NCBI RefSeq assembly: GCF_001447785.1
Contig: NW_015169198.1
Coordinates: 432,339 to 496,338 of the forward strand
From: Gekko japonicus
Taxonomy: Eukaryota
Reading direction: 5' to 3'
Length of the DNA stretch: 64,000 nucleotides
The notes under the pieces were generated by a model, which was not told the DNA's origin, did no database searches, and was given only the letters and a program-made list of their open reading frames with translations. The translations under genes were made by a program, and so were the position numbers. Position 1 is the stretch's first letter, and each line of letters starts with the position of its first letter. Positions 37,371-49,930 of the stretch are shown here, piece by piece.

Positions 37371-37413
<43 letters not shown>
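37369..37413. repeat. (GC)n(GA)n microsatellite
   Basis: Directly visible. Confidence 0.95.
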
Positions 37414-37418
<5 letters not shown>

Positions 37419-38751
37419 TGCGATATGACCCCCATGAAACTTCACTAATAGGAAATAGAGCTTAATGAATTCTCACAAATACTCTATAAAGATTTGATTA
37501 TGTTATGAGTAATAATCAATTAATATGATTATTGTATGGGCACTCACCATGCACTATTTAATCCTCCCCTCTTTAAGGTCACTCTGCTTTCTCAATACAC
37601 TGTAATTATGATAATATCCAATTGAACATTTATTCTCCAGCAGGTTTACATTTTAAAATTATATATTACATATATGAATAAATGTAGGCATAGATATTAA
37701 ACAATTCCATTAACAAACCTTTGGTTTGGAACTACTTGGCAAGCAAGAATTCTATCTAGAGAGGCGTGGGCCAAAATGAGAAGTGAGATTGTCCCTCTTT
37801 TGAGTCCTATGATTATAAAAAGGTTTATTGTGAAAGACACAAAGACCTGGTGTTCTTCTTTGTAAAAATTCTCAGCTGTAAGGGAACCCACATTCCATTA
37901 ATGTTTAGAAAGGGCTATGGAGGTTCCTAATTACCAAATGATCTTTGCCTAATCTATGATTATAGACTGTATATTATATAGCAAGAAAATGTAGATGATT
38001 AGGCTTACCCACAACGGTACTTTGGTTATCTGTATATGATCTATATGTTTATATGAAACAAATTCTAGTTCCATGTATCTCTATAGTTTATTTTTATTTA
38101 TTCGCTTCATTTATATCCTGCATTTCTCACTGGGACTCAAGGCGGATGATAAAATACGAACATAATTCAATTAGTTGGAAAAGACTTCCAATAAATTATA
38201 CAGTAATAGAGTTACATAAATGGAGAACAAACAAAAGACAATGGCATGACCTACCATAATGCATAGTGGGTTACCAAGGTCAAGGGTGATCACACAGCCC
38301 TAAAGTACGATTGCACACTAGAACCATGCCAAGGCATTGTATTTTCACTCACAATATTTTCCAGGGCAAACTGGGAGGTGGGACAATAGGAGATTGGAAT
38401 TTTCACAAATTTATTTATTTATTTATTTATCATTTATTAATCAGATTTATACCCCGCCCTCCCCCGTAGGGCTCAGGGCGGCTAACAAGGCAAGAAACAT
38501 TCATTTGTCATTCTTAGATATTCTTTGCTGCTCTTCACAAATATTTCTTTCCCCAGCCTGCATCTTGACATTTTTAATGTTCACTTCAAATTGCTGATGC
38601 AATATCAGCCAGTCATATCTGATGAGGTCCAGTATTGTGTAGTGGTAAGCATGTTAGATTATGGTCTGGGAGAGCTGCATCCAAATCCCCATTCTGCTGT
38701 GAAGCTTACTGGGTGATCTTCAGCCAGTCACATGCTCTCACACTGGTTATC

Positions 38752-39508
38752 TCATGGCAGAATTGTAGCATCATGGAGTTGGAAGGCACCTCCGGGGTCA
38801 TCCAGTCCAACCCCCTGTACAATGCAGGAAATTCCCAAATACTCCCCTCCCACACACACCCAGTGACCCCTGCTCCATGTCCAGAAGTTGGCAAAAAACC
38901 CTCCAGGATACTTGGCCAAATTGGCCTGGTGAAAATTGCTTCCTGACTCCAAAGTGGCAATCAGCATTTCCCTGGGTGTGTAAGAAAGGGCCATGAGAAC
39001 TAAGCACTGAGGCAACCCTCCCTGCCCTCCCTCTCATGATCTGCCTAAATTCACAGAATCAGCATTGCTGTCAGATGGCCATCTAGCCTCTGCTTAAAAA
39101 CCTCCAAGGAAGGAGAGCCCACCATCTCCCAAGGAAGTCTGTTCCACTGAGGAACTGCTTTAACTTTCAGGAAGTTATTTCTAATGTTTAGCTAAAACTC
39201 TTCTGATTTAATCTCAACCCGTTGGTTCTGGTTCAACCTTCTGGGGTAACAGAAAACAACTCCACACCATCCTCCATATGACAGCCCTTCAAGTACTTGA
39301 AGGTGGTTATCATATCACCTCTCAGTCATCTCCTTTCCAGGCTAAACATACCAAGCTCCTTCAACCTTTCCTCATAGGACTTGGCCTCCAGACCCCTCAC
39401 GATCTTTGTTGCCCTCCTGTGGACACATTCCAGCTTATCTATATCCTTCTTAAACTGTGGTGCCCAAAACTGAACACAATACTCTAGGGAAGGTCTAACC
39501 AGAGCTGA
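38752..39508 (-). mobile_element. CR1 LINE 3' fragment inserted in a CORE-SINE (38620-38750 / 39510-39560)
   Basis: 3'UTR gttggaaggcacctccggggtcatccagtccaacccc, and ORF2 end ([19 protein letters not shown] on the minus strand). Confidence 0.9.
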
Positions 39509-39737
39509 GTATTATCATAAGGATTAAATGGGGGAAGGAGGATAAAAATTTACTTGCCACCAATTAGATTTAGCTATATGATGACATTTTCATGACTAAT
39601 CACAGTGAAGGCAGGGAATATTGCTCTCACTAAATGATCTTCCTGATCATCCCATCTAATGATGCTGGCATGTATCCTACTACTCCACTCCATCACCAGT
39701 CACAATAGACAATAGTTGGCTGGGTGGACCAGTATTG

Positions 39738-39945
39738 AACACATAAATACATGAAGCTTCCTTGTACTGAATCAGACTATGGTCCATCAAGGTCAGTATT
39801 GTCTACTCTGACCTGCAGCAGTTCTCCAGGGTCTTAGGATGAGGTCCTTCACATCTCCTGTTACCCAATCATTTTAACTGGAGATGCTGGGGGATTGACC
39901 TTCTGCATTCAAAGCAGATAATCTAGTACTGAACCATGGCTCCAC
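39738..39945 (-). mobile_element. tRNA-derived SINE with CR1-like tail (related piece at ~36385-36510)
   Basis: catgaagcttccttgtactgaatcagactatggtccatc...ctggagatgctgggggattga...tactgaaccatggctcc. Confidence 0.6.
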
Positions 39946-40925
39946 CCCAATCTTCTGACTCAGTATAAGGCAGGTTCCTTACTTTACCCTCCCTACATGC
40001 CATCCCCCAGGAACATTCTCTCCAGTCAGGACATGGAAAAGGCAACTCTTTCCTTACAAATAATTTCACTCACAAAGGCTCCCATTTGGCGAATGCATTA
40101 ATCTATAATATTCTTAGGCTAGTTTGTTCATGTACGGTCTATAAACAGCAGTTGTGAGTCCAAAATGCATATTTGAGCTTTCAGCTTTTGTGTATCTGAC
40201 CAAGGTCCATATAATTTAGCATTCTGTTTCTAATAGTGACCAACCAGATGCATCCATGCATTTCTAACGAGGAAACTTTGCTGTGTCTCCAGATCACTTA
40301 TTAGAAAACAGCTGTTAGCTAAAAAAAATGAGTATTGTAGTTTTTTGTGAACTTGCCCTATACCTCAGAGAAATGGGTTATGATGTTCCTTGAATAAATG
40401 AAACAAGGTTATGGCATACAACATGGCTTTGGATGTGGGTATACATAAACACATATATTTCTTGCATTAACACTTACTATTAAATATGAAGCCACTGGAA
40501 GGAGCCAACTAGCCAAGTCCAGTCTTTGTGCTGAAATGGAATCTCAAACAATTTTTTTTAAATAATAGCCCTTTAAGTTATAGTGGTTCATAATCTTAAA
40601 GCAGGTCTGAAAAAAGTATGTCCTTCCTGCCAAAGGTGACTTCTGAAGAGATAGCTCCAAATAGCTCGTCTGTAGACAGGAAATTGTGTTTTGAATTTGG
40701 ATGATCTACTCGATAGACTATCCCATGCACTGAGAAGCTATTCTATTAATAGATGCTGACAAAATGGCACAGAGTACCTGTGAGAGTGAGGTTATTCTGT
40801 GTTGCTCTGAAGATATGTGTAGTTGAGCAGCATACAATGATCCCCAGATTCACATGTGAATCTGCAAGCTATTTTGTGAAGAAAAAAGATCACGAGTACA
40901 GTGGCTTTCAAAAGCTCTAAAACAC

Positions 40926-42250
40926 TGTCACTGCCAGGTCACTGTGAGAGGTTCCCCCCATTGTCCTTGCCAGGACCCTTCCACTGAGCCATGTGGCATC
41001 CTGCTGGTTTCCTCTGCTGTCATGTAAGTTTCCATCAAAGCCATACCATCATCCATTGTCTTGACTCATGGCATAAAAGCCAATGGCTAGCCAGTGCTGG
41101 AAATAAGGAGTATGATGAGTTCCACAATCTGCCTGGCTGAGTGCACTGTGGGCTTGAGCCATTATAGTGCCTTCACCTTCACCCATTGTCCCAGAATACA
41201 AGAGTGGGACCCTTCTGCTACAATACTCCTCAACCAATGCTGATAGGTGTCTTTGTTAATGTTTACTATATTCTGAATAATGCCTTTCACCTTTTCATAA
41301 TCCAGCACATCCTTAGGAGACTGAGTATCTACCAGCTCGTGCACAACCAACCAGTAGCTTGAGCCATCCTCTCAAAAGTATACAAGAAGGCCCCTGGCTC
41401 TTCACCAGGGCCCATTTTTGTTAACTTTGGGAGAGGCCCCATGGTCAAACCATTGCCCCGTATAAGTGCAACCATAGCTATTGTCAAGCCTGGCCACATG
41501 CTGTGAAGGTGACCCACCACTGCCACTGAGTATATTGCTGGATCACCACCATCTTTTCCAAGGCCCTTTGTTGTTGTTCTCCCATTGAATGCAACAATTG
41601 TTTGGCTAATCCTGCTTCTTCCCCACCTCCACTGATTCTGGACAGAAGGCTTCCCATCTCCATGGGTGTGGTCCCCAGCATCTCCACCACTGTCACCACT
41701 ATGTCATGTTCCAGCCCAGCCCAGGCAGCAGGAGCAGTCAAGGTAGGGAGTTTCAACAGGCTAGGGAGATGCTCCTCCTCTATATCTCCTACCAGAAGGT
41801 CACACACATACTGGAAAGTTTCCCAAGAAATGTGTTTTATTCTGTTGAGGAGGTGTTGCCAAATGCTTCACTTCCCTGAAACCAGCTTCCTGGTTCCCTC
41901 ACCTATCTGTGTGCAATTGAGTTCCACCCAGACTATTCCAGGACCCTTGCCATTCTTGCTGCCATCTGCCCAGCTCCTAAGCACAGCTGCCCTTAAATCT
42001 GTTCCTGGAAGCTGCTTTCCACCTGAAAGCTAAGGGAGGGCTTTGGACTGATGCCTCCCTCCTCGCCTCTGCCAACCCAAGGGAACACCTTCCCCTGATA
42101 AGGCTATCCTTGAGCCTAGCAGCCAGCCCTGCCCAATCAATGACCTTCCAGCCAGACTCATACAACTGGCTTGGATCTTCCCCCTCCCCTTACACCATTT
42201 AGCCACACCCTTTCAGGGTCAGGCTGCCCCAGCCGGTTCCCTGTGCCACA
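40926..42250 (-). mobile_element. Gmr1-like Gypsy remnant: LTR (~41799-42250) plus SCAN-related gag fragments
   Basis: LPKLTKMGPGEEPGAFLYTFERMAQATGW and DYEKVKGII...TYQHWLR motifs. The LTR reads tgtggc...gtgac with AATAAA and is followed by a TGG PBS-like sequence. Confidence 0.7.
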
Positions 42251-43349
42251 GACACTGTTAGTGCAAACTTACTCATATTTTCTCAGAAAAGTCCCGGTTT
42301 ATTCAGCTGGACTTGCTTTTAGGATTGCAGCCTGTATATATTGAGGATCAGTTATGTTAGTTCCTGGACTGCTGTTGCTGTTACCTTATCCACAAATACA
42401 TTTGATTTTAATTCCTGGGTTCCCTAATTAAGCATATAGTAAATTACCCTTATGTAAACATCTCTTTCTTTCTTTTTCATAGCAAACAGGAGAAATTTTT
42501 ACACATAACCATTAAAAAGAAGCATTCCATATCTCAGATGTAAATTTGAATCCTTCATAATGTAAGACATCTATCTGTAAGTATTGAAAATATTAGCCAT
42601 TAACAAATTCTTTCTTCTATTGAGATTCACAGCTGATAATTCATTACCCTTGGAAGTAAAGATGACAAGAAGATTTATGATTATCTGGGTAGAGAGTTCA
42701 GATATATTTTAAGACCATCTATTTCACATTCTCATTAGGTTTGCTTCTGTTCCAATATACAATGAAAGAGCACCAGGTCTCATTAAATTTTTCCTGTACA
42801 CAACTTTTAACTTCCTGTATTGACTTGTATGGGGAAATCCCCCCCCCACTGCCAAAGCATAATATGCTATATTTTATTTGACCATGTCTCTTTCCTAGAC
42901 AACTTTTCTGCTTCCAGACTTGTTCCAGTAATATTCTCACTGTTATATGTAGTCTTTGATTATATGTTCCCTTTTTTCCTGCATTCCCATGGGGAGAATA
43001 TTTAATAGAGCTATCTAGGATCACATGGTACTTTGATTCCTACAATTTTATTTGGCCTTTTGCTATTTTTGGCAACTGGGCACTTCCACCAGATATGTAG
43101 GTGACCCTTTGCTTCTATCACAGAATCAGCACATACTAGAGGCAGTGGTTATCATTGTTTGCTACTATATCCAGAGTGAGGTATCACCTGTACACAAATC
43201 TAAGTATATTCTCCATTATTTCCACAATAACTGAAACATTTATTAGGAGACCTTTTGTCCACCTATCTTTGTAAATGGTGCTTTTACTTTCCAGATTTGC
43301 CATCAACCAATATGATGTAGCCACCAACCAGTTATGTTTTGCAGGTTGA

Positions 43350-43692
43350 TGAAGAAGAAGAGAAGAGAGAGGAGAAGAAGAAGAAAAGAAGAAGAGAGAG
43401 AAGAAGAGGATGGAAGAGAGAGAGAAGAAGAGATTAGATTTATACCCCGCCCTTCACTCAGAATCTCAGAGCGGTTTACAATCTCTTTTCCCTTCCCCTC
43501 CCCACAACAGACACCCTGTGAGGTAGGTGGGGATGAGAGAGCTCTTTCAAGAACTGCCCTTTTCAAGGACAGCTCTGACAGAACTATGGCTTGCCCAAAG
43601 TCATCCAGCAGCTGCAAGTGGAGGAGTGGGGAATCAAACCAGGTTCTCCCAGATTAGAGTCCTCACACTTAACCACTACACCAAACTGGCTC
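43350..43692 (-). mobile_element. Squam3-like tRNA/CORE SINE with (CTT)n-type tail
   Basis: Head agccagtttggtgtagtggttaag, B-box ggtttgattcccc, and CORE-like cacaacagacaccctgtgaggtagg. Confidence 0.85.
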
Positions 43693-43711
43693 ACAGGGTA
43701 GCACTCAAATT

Positions 43712-46700
43712 TAGGGATGGGCACAAACCAGAAAAATGTGGTTCATATTGGTTCATGGTTCATGGTGTGCACAGTTCACAAACCACAGACCATCATGAAC
43801 TTTTTGATTCTAGATGGTTTGTGAGGTTCATGACTCAGTAGAAGAGCCCCCTGGTGTGTCAGACAGCTGCAAGCAATTTACCAGCATCCAGTCCAGATGT
43901 GGAGGAGAGGGAGAAGGCTGGGCCCAGTGTTTCTCCAACATCCCTTGAGCGCCAGCGCCATCAGTGGAGATCAGACCTAAGAGCCCGTCGCAGTGAGCAT
44001 TTGATGGATTGCAGACACCTGTCACCAGATGAGTACTTGCAGGGATGCGTGCCACAATTAGCAGCAGCTAAACAGCCCATGGAGAGCCAGCTATAAATCC
44101 AGGAAGGGGGAAGCTGCTTATTGTGGATGCAACTTGTACCATGGCTGCATCACCACCCACCTTGTCTCCTGACTTGCCAACCGGAACCTCTGTTGCTCTG
44201 AACCTGGACTGAACACTAGACCGCCCAACCTCTGGACCCCCAACTCTTGGACTGACTGACAACTTCCCTTTCCAGATACCTGACCCTTGGGCTGTCTCTT
44301 GACCACTCTCCTGCTTGAACCTGCACTGTGAGTTACTACCTGGTACTGTCTGCCTGGTTGTTCTGTGGAACTTCTGTCTGCTCCCCCACCAGATCTGCCA
44401 GGGCCAGTACAGTTGGTGTAGGAGGGTTGAGAGTCCAGGGTCCAGTTCCAAGGCTTGGGAACACGTGCAGGATACAGGGGTCTGGGTCCCAGGCTTCAGG
44501 AGCAAGCACAGATTACTAGAGACAATGTACAAGGCAGCAGGGTCAGGTATAGCTCTGTTTGCTAAACAGGTCAACACAGAGAGGGATGGCAAGCAAGGTT
44601 GCTTCTGCACCAAGCTTTGCTCAGCATGGTCCTTTTATCTGTACCTTTTGCTGACTCATCACCCCAGGGCCAGGTGTCATTCCTTACAGCCGTATTCACC
44701 TTCCTACAGGTGCAGGTCTTTTACTGTTTCCCTATCAGTCTGTCAGCTAGTCCTGCAAGGACTCAGCTCCAGGAACTAATGCTGACTGTTGCTGAGCAGC
44801 CAAAGGGGTGCTCCTTCAGTTCTACTGAGCCACCAAGTGCTCACTTCTTCTTCTACACTCTACTGGCTCAGGAGATGCTGGAGGGGGGAGCTGGCCTCTG
44901 TGGCATCTCTTTCTCTCCCTGGAAAAATGAACAGCCTGGCCATGATTCCCGATGCTTCCCCCATTGGGTCTGATGTCAGATCTGGTTGCTCAGGTCAGGA
45001 TTCCATCAGTGTGGAGCCTGATTCTTCAGATTCCTTTTCATCTGAGTAGATGGCAACTGGATGCTCCATGACAGACTATCCTCTACCTGCCCTCCAAGTT
45101 TGGTGAGGATTGAATTTATGGCCCCTAAAGAAGGTGCCCCAAGGAAAATGCTTTCTGGGGAACTGACAGGTGCAGGTTCCGGAGGTTCATGGGTGTATAG
45201 AACAGATCCTGTGCAAGCAAGAGATACCAGACTCACTGCGTATCTCTGGCTGACTCTCCTCTACCTGCCCTCCAAGTTTAGAGAGGATTAGATTGACAGG
45301 GTCTGGAGTATACCCTCCCCAAAAAGGTGCCCCCATCCTACATTGTTTCCAATTTGACAGGATCTGGAGTATGCCCTCCCCGAAAAGGTGCCCCCATCCT
45401 TCATTGTTTCGAATGGCTGGGGAAACCCAGCAAAAAAGCAAGGGCAATAGAAGCCATGCAGAACAGAATCAAACCACCAAAGAATCTCTGCAATAGAAAT
45501 GGAAGGTGAGGGACATTTTCACAGGTCCAACAGAATCAGTGCAATGTGCCCAGCAGAACCAGTGCCACTATGGCACTGCAAATGAAACAGGACCAAGGTC
45601 AAGCCAGGAAAGTGCTTTTGGGGGAAATGTCAGGCAAAAATGTATAGAAAGGACCCCCTACAAGCAACAAGCAACACACACCAAACGCACAGGGAACCTC
45701 ACCCCGCTCCTCTACAAACTCTCCAAATTGGGGGTGGGGACACCAAACGCATAGGGAAACTTCAACTGGGCAGCCTCCCCCCCCACCAAACACTGGAAGC
45801 AAGGCAAGCATCCCCCCTATGTTCACAGCCCCCACAAGTTCTGAATGACAGAAAGGCAGACATGCAAGACTTCTGACAGGGGATCCCCAAAGTTACCCTG
45901 TGAGAGCTTGTTGGGTACCCCAGCCCTACCAGACCAGTGGAAAACAGAGTTTATCATTTGAAGTGATTAGTGATGTCTGTCTTTTCCAGAGAGAGCACTG
46001 GGGAGACCTTTTTGGTGGGGTCTGTAACTGGGACCCCAGAAATGTAATCCACCCCCAACATGGAGAGACTGTAGAGGAGTGGGGGACAGGATGAGGTTCC
46101 CTGTGTATTTGTGTAGCTTGCAGGGGGTCCATTCTATACACTTTTAAATCTGTGTCTGACATTTTCCCCAAATGCACTTTCCTGGCTTGACCTTAGTCCT
46201 GTTGGATTTGCAGTGCCACAGTGGTACTGGTTCTGCTGGACACACTACAGTGGTTCTGCTGGGCTTGCAAAATGCCCCCCACCTTCACTTTCTACTGAGA
46301 CATTTCCTGGTGTGATCTTAGTCCATTGGAAACAATGGAGGATAGTGGCACCTTCTCTGGAGGGCATAACTCAGATCCTGTAATTCCAATCCTCATCAAA
46401 CTTTGAGGGAAGGTAGAGAAGCATCACCCAGAGATCTGCTGTGAGTTTGGTTTCTCTAGCTTGCACAAGATCTGTTCTGTACTCTCCCAAATCTCCTGAT
46501 CATGTGCCTGTCATTTCTCCAGAAAGCAGTTTCCTTGGGGCACCTTTTTTGGGGGGGGGGAGTTGTAACCAGGCAGGTAGCTAATGTGGGGCGTGTGAGG
46601 CAACACCCCCTACTGAATTCACAATGCCCCTAAATTTGGCCAAAGGAGAGGCAAATGCAACAGGCCAAGCAGTCGCGGGGGGTGATGTGATGCCGGGATT

Positions 46701-47198
46701 GTAGGGGGGCTCCCACTACACATCTTTCTGCCAGACCCTCCCCAGATTCTGAACATGCAAAGGTACCTGATATGAGTCTATATATCTGTCTGCCTGGCAT
46801 GCCAACCCCCCCACTACACTACCTTCCTCCACCATGCATGTGTGTGCTCCCCTCACTGTCAGGCACCTCCATTATTTTCTCTCCTTCCCCCCTCCTCCAT
46901 CCAGTGCCCCCCATCCAGTGCCCCACCACCAAAAATCATCTGGCTACAGTGCTGGTTGTAACTTGGACCCCATAAATCCAATCCTCACCAAAGCTGGAGG
47001 GTAGATAGAGGAGAGTCAGCTGGAGCTCCCCAGCAAGTTGGTGTCTCTAGCACACCAAGGGGCCTTTCTACTGCATCACAAACTTCATGAACCAAACCAG
47101 TTCATCTAGTGCAAAAAAGTTTGTGATAGTCCATGTTTTGCCAACCCACATGCCACAAACCATGAATCAAACCACGTTTCCTGGTTTGTGGCCATCCC
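43712..47198. mobile_element. Large foldback-like hAT non-autonomous element
   Basis: TIR tagggatgggcacaaacca (19 nt identical to 16952) pairs with tggtttgtggccatccc. Long inverted arms (about 45250-45790 vs 46000-46560) and modular ccaagtttggtgaggattg repeats. Confidence 0.75.
43857..45073. mobile_element. LTR-like insertion(s), apparently two oppositely oriented solo LTRs, in the left arm of the foldback element
   Basis: Absent from the mirror right arm. TG...CA ends (tgtcag...gtaca; tgtagg...atgaca) and TATA-like motifs on opposite strands at ~44091 and ~44633. Confidence 0.45.
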
Positions 47199-48556
47199 AG
47201 TGGCAGTGGGGGAGCAGCTATCCAGAAGGCACCCACTAATTTGTGGAGTGCCCCAAGGAGTGGTGCTTTCCCCAATGCTATTCAACATCTATATGTGCCC
47301 CCTTGCCCAGATTGCCCAGAGGCATGGACTGGGTTGTCACAAATATGCGGATGACACCCAGCCCTATCTGTTGTTGGGCGGCCAGTCAGACTCTAGTCTG
47401 GGAGATCGGGACCTGGCGTTGAAACCTTTGGCTGGTTGGCTTACACTGAGTCGACTGAAATTGAATCCAATGAAGACAGAGGTCCTATGCCTGAGCCAGA
47501 GTGGACCAACATTAGGAATCCCTCTCCCGACCTTCAGTGGGGCACCATTGGTGCCAGCACCAGAGCTCAGGAGTTTGGGAATGCTCCTGGATGCCTCCTT
47601 GACGATGGAGGCCCAAGTAGCAGCCACTGTGAAGTCTGCCTTTTACCATCTATGGCTGATTAGGCAGCTGGTTCCCTTCGTTGAACGCAATGACCTGGCA
47701 ACAGTAATCCATACAATGGTCACCTTGAGATTGGATTACTGCAATGATCTCTACATGGGGCTGCTCTTGTCCCAAATCTGGAAGCTGCAGCTGGTACAGA
47801 ACACAGCAGCGAGGCTGTTGCTGTGTCTTCCTGTGCGGGAACACATCCAGCCCGCCCTAAATGCACTGTACTGGCTGCCTATAGCATACCGAATTCGGTT
47901 CAAGGTGCTGGTTCTTACCTCTAAAGCCCTATATGGTCAGGGACCTACTTACCTAAGGGACCGCCTTTCCCCCACATGTTCCCCAGAGAGCACTAAGATC
48001 GGGGTCCCAAAACCATCTGGCCCTCCCGGGGCCTAAAGAAGCCAGGCTAGCAGTGATGAGGGCCAGGGCCTTTTCTGTGGCAGCCCCTTACTGGTGGAAT
48101 GAGCTCCTGAATGACATCAGGGCCCTGCAGGACCTTTTACAGTTCCACAGGGCCTGCAAAATGGAGCTCTTCCACCAGGCCTTTGATTAGGGGCCACCTC
48201 TTAACATCGAGGCTCTGGCCCTCCAACATCAGCACCAGCTTAATATCTTATGGCCTGGCAACAATTCAGACTGTGGTGGCAATTTGGCTATCTATATGCT
48301 GAGACAATGCCGCTACCATTTATTAGTATTACTAGCAGTAAAGCCCGTTGTGCAAATGACAATGTTGCTACCATTTATTAGTATTATGTTTGCTAGCACT
48401 TGTTTGCACATGTTCTGGTTTTAACTTTATTACTGTTTTAATGCTTTAATGTATCTCGCTGTTTTAATATATTTATACTTATACATATGCTGTAAGCTGC
48501 CCTGAGCCTGCCTGGCAGGGAAGGTGGGATATAAAATAAATAAATAAACAAACAAA
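47199..48556 (+). mobile_element. L2 LINE 3' portion (RT C-terminal half, 3'UTR, tail)
   Basis: GVPQGVVLSPMLFNIYM, YADDTQ, LKLNPMKTE, RLDYCN and KLQLVQN motifs, with an (AATA/AAAC)n tail. Confidence 0.95.
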
Positions 48557-48834
48557 CTGCAAGTTGAAAAGACCAAATTCAAAGCCTGTCAAGTGAGTGT
48601 GCATAGAAAATTCTTACAGTAGGAAAAGAAATTATGGGTAAGATCAGGCAAAGTCAAAGACTTTTTAAAAACCACTGATGCACAGTATGATTTTTCTCTT
48701 ACAGATGTCATTTATATATGTACTTTATTGATATTATAATAAAATCTGGGGGGGGGACACTGATTTGTGTGGGAGTGATTTAATCACACAGTTAACCCTC
48801 CCACTGAAAATGCTTTAGATGGAGGTACACCTAC

Positions 48835-49121
48835 TTTCAAGTATTGAGGCAGGAGACGATGAACCGTAAAACAGAACCTTTATTCAACATTGCTTCAGGA
48901 CTTCAACAACAACGCTTGCAGTTTTCTTTATATTTATACCATTGCATAGTGAACAACAACAACATTGTAACTCTGTGCCCTAGGCTTGATTGGCCCTAAG
49001 CAGAACGATACGATTGGTAGTTTTCAGTTGGCTTAGGACCAATGAACACTCTTCATTCTTAACCAATAGTAATGCAGTGATTACGATACCAAGTTCAAAA
49101 GTAATAGCTTAGAACATAACA
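48835..49121 (-). mobile_element. Solo LTR with 5-bp TSD
   Basis: cctac at 48830-48834 and 49122-49126. Ends cataaca like the 565-951 LTR. Minus-strand TATA, CCAAT boxes and AATAAA are present. Confidence 0.75.
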
Positions 49122-49339
49122 CCTACGTTGTAGCAGATCTGTTGTTTTCTCAATATGAGAGAGAGATTGAGGGTGCTTTTCAGCCAAGTCATATTTCTGT
49201 GCTGTTATCTATTTTGAATTAAAATTTTGCTGTTTATTGACATATATGCACCCCTTCCTCCTTCATGCAACTGGGAGAAAACAGCTGCTCCAAGTTCATG
49301 TGGGTTTTTGGAACAGTTATCAGGAGACCATCTCCTAAC

Positions 49340-49930
49340 CATTACCACCCAATGGAGAACATTAACTCTTGGAGGCAGCAAAGTTTCCAGAATGAGGTAT
49401 CAGAAGTACCCAGCTGCCAGCAGATATGCTGGGAGTGGGCTCCTAATTCACACCTTAAAAAATATTGCTGGGTACAGAGCAAAAACTTCCCAGCTGGAGA
49501 TCAGAAGCCAGCTACCAGCCAATCCCTCATTGGTTTCTGATGGCGACAAGTAGCAGGCCCCTGAGAATACACATGAACAGGTTGCAAACAGCCTGTTGGT
49601 TAATTGGCTGCCTGAACACCACTGGTGAATGGAAAGTGAGCCAAACTGGCAGGTGTTTGAGCATCCCTAGTGATGATGCTGCCAGTTACTTTTGGGGATA
49701 GAAAGGGGGTAGCAGTGGGAAGGGCTGAGATCAGCATCTTGTAAACTAATCCCAAACTATTGTGGGGCTTTGATCAGATTAGTAATAGGTTTGAATCTTT
49801 CTGTATGTCCCCTTTCTGAGTTTCAGCCGCATCACTATTTGTAATAATTTTATTAAATAAGTGGTTGTCATTTTACAGAGGTAGGTCTGACTTGTCTGGG
49901 GTTTACAATGAACCCATGGCAGGTGTGACA
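49340..49930 (+). mobile_element. Possible old solo LTR
   Basis: Ends gtgtgaca with an attaaa signal upstream. The left boundary is unclear. Confidence 0.3.
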
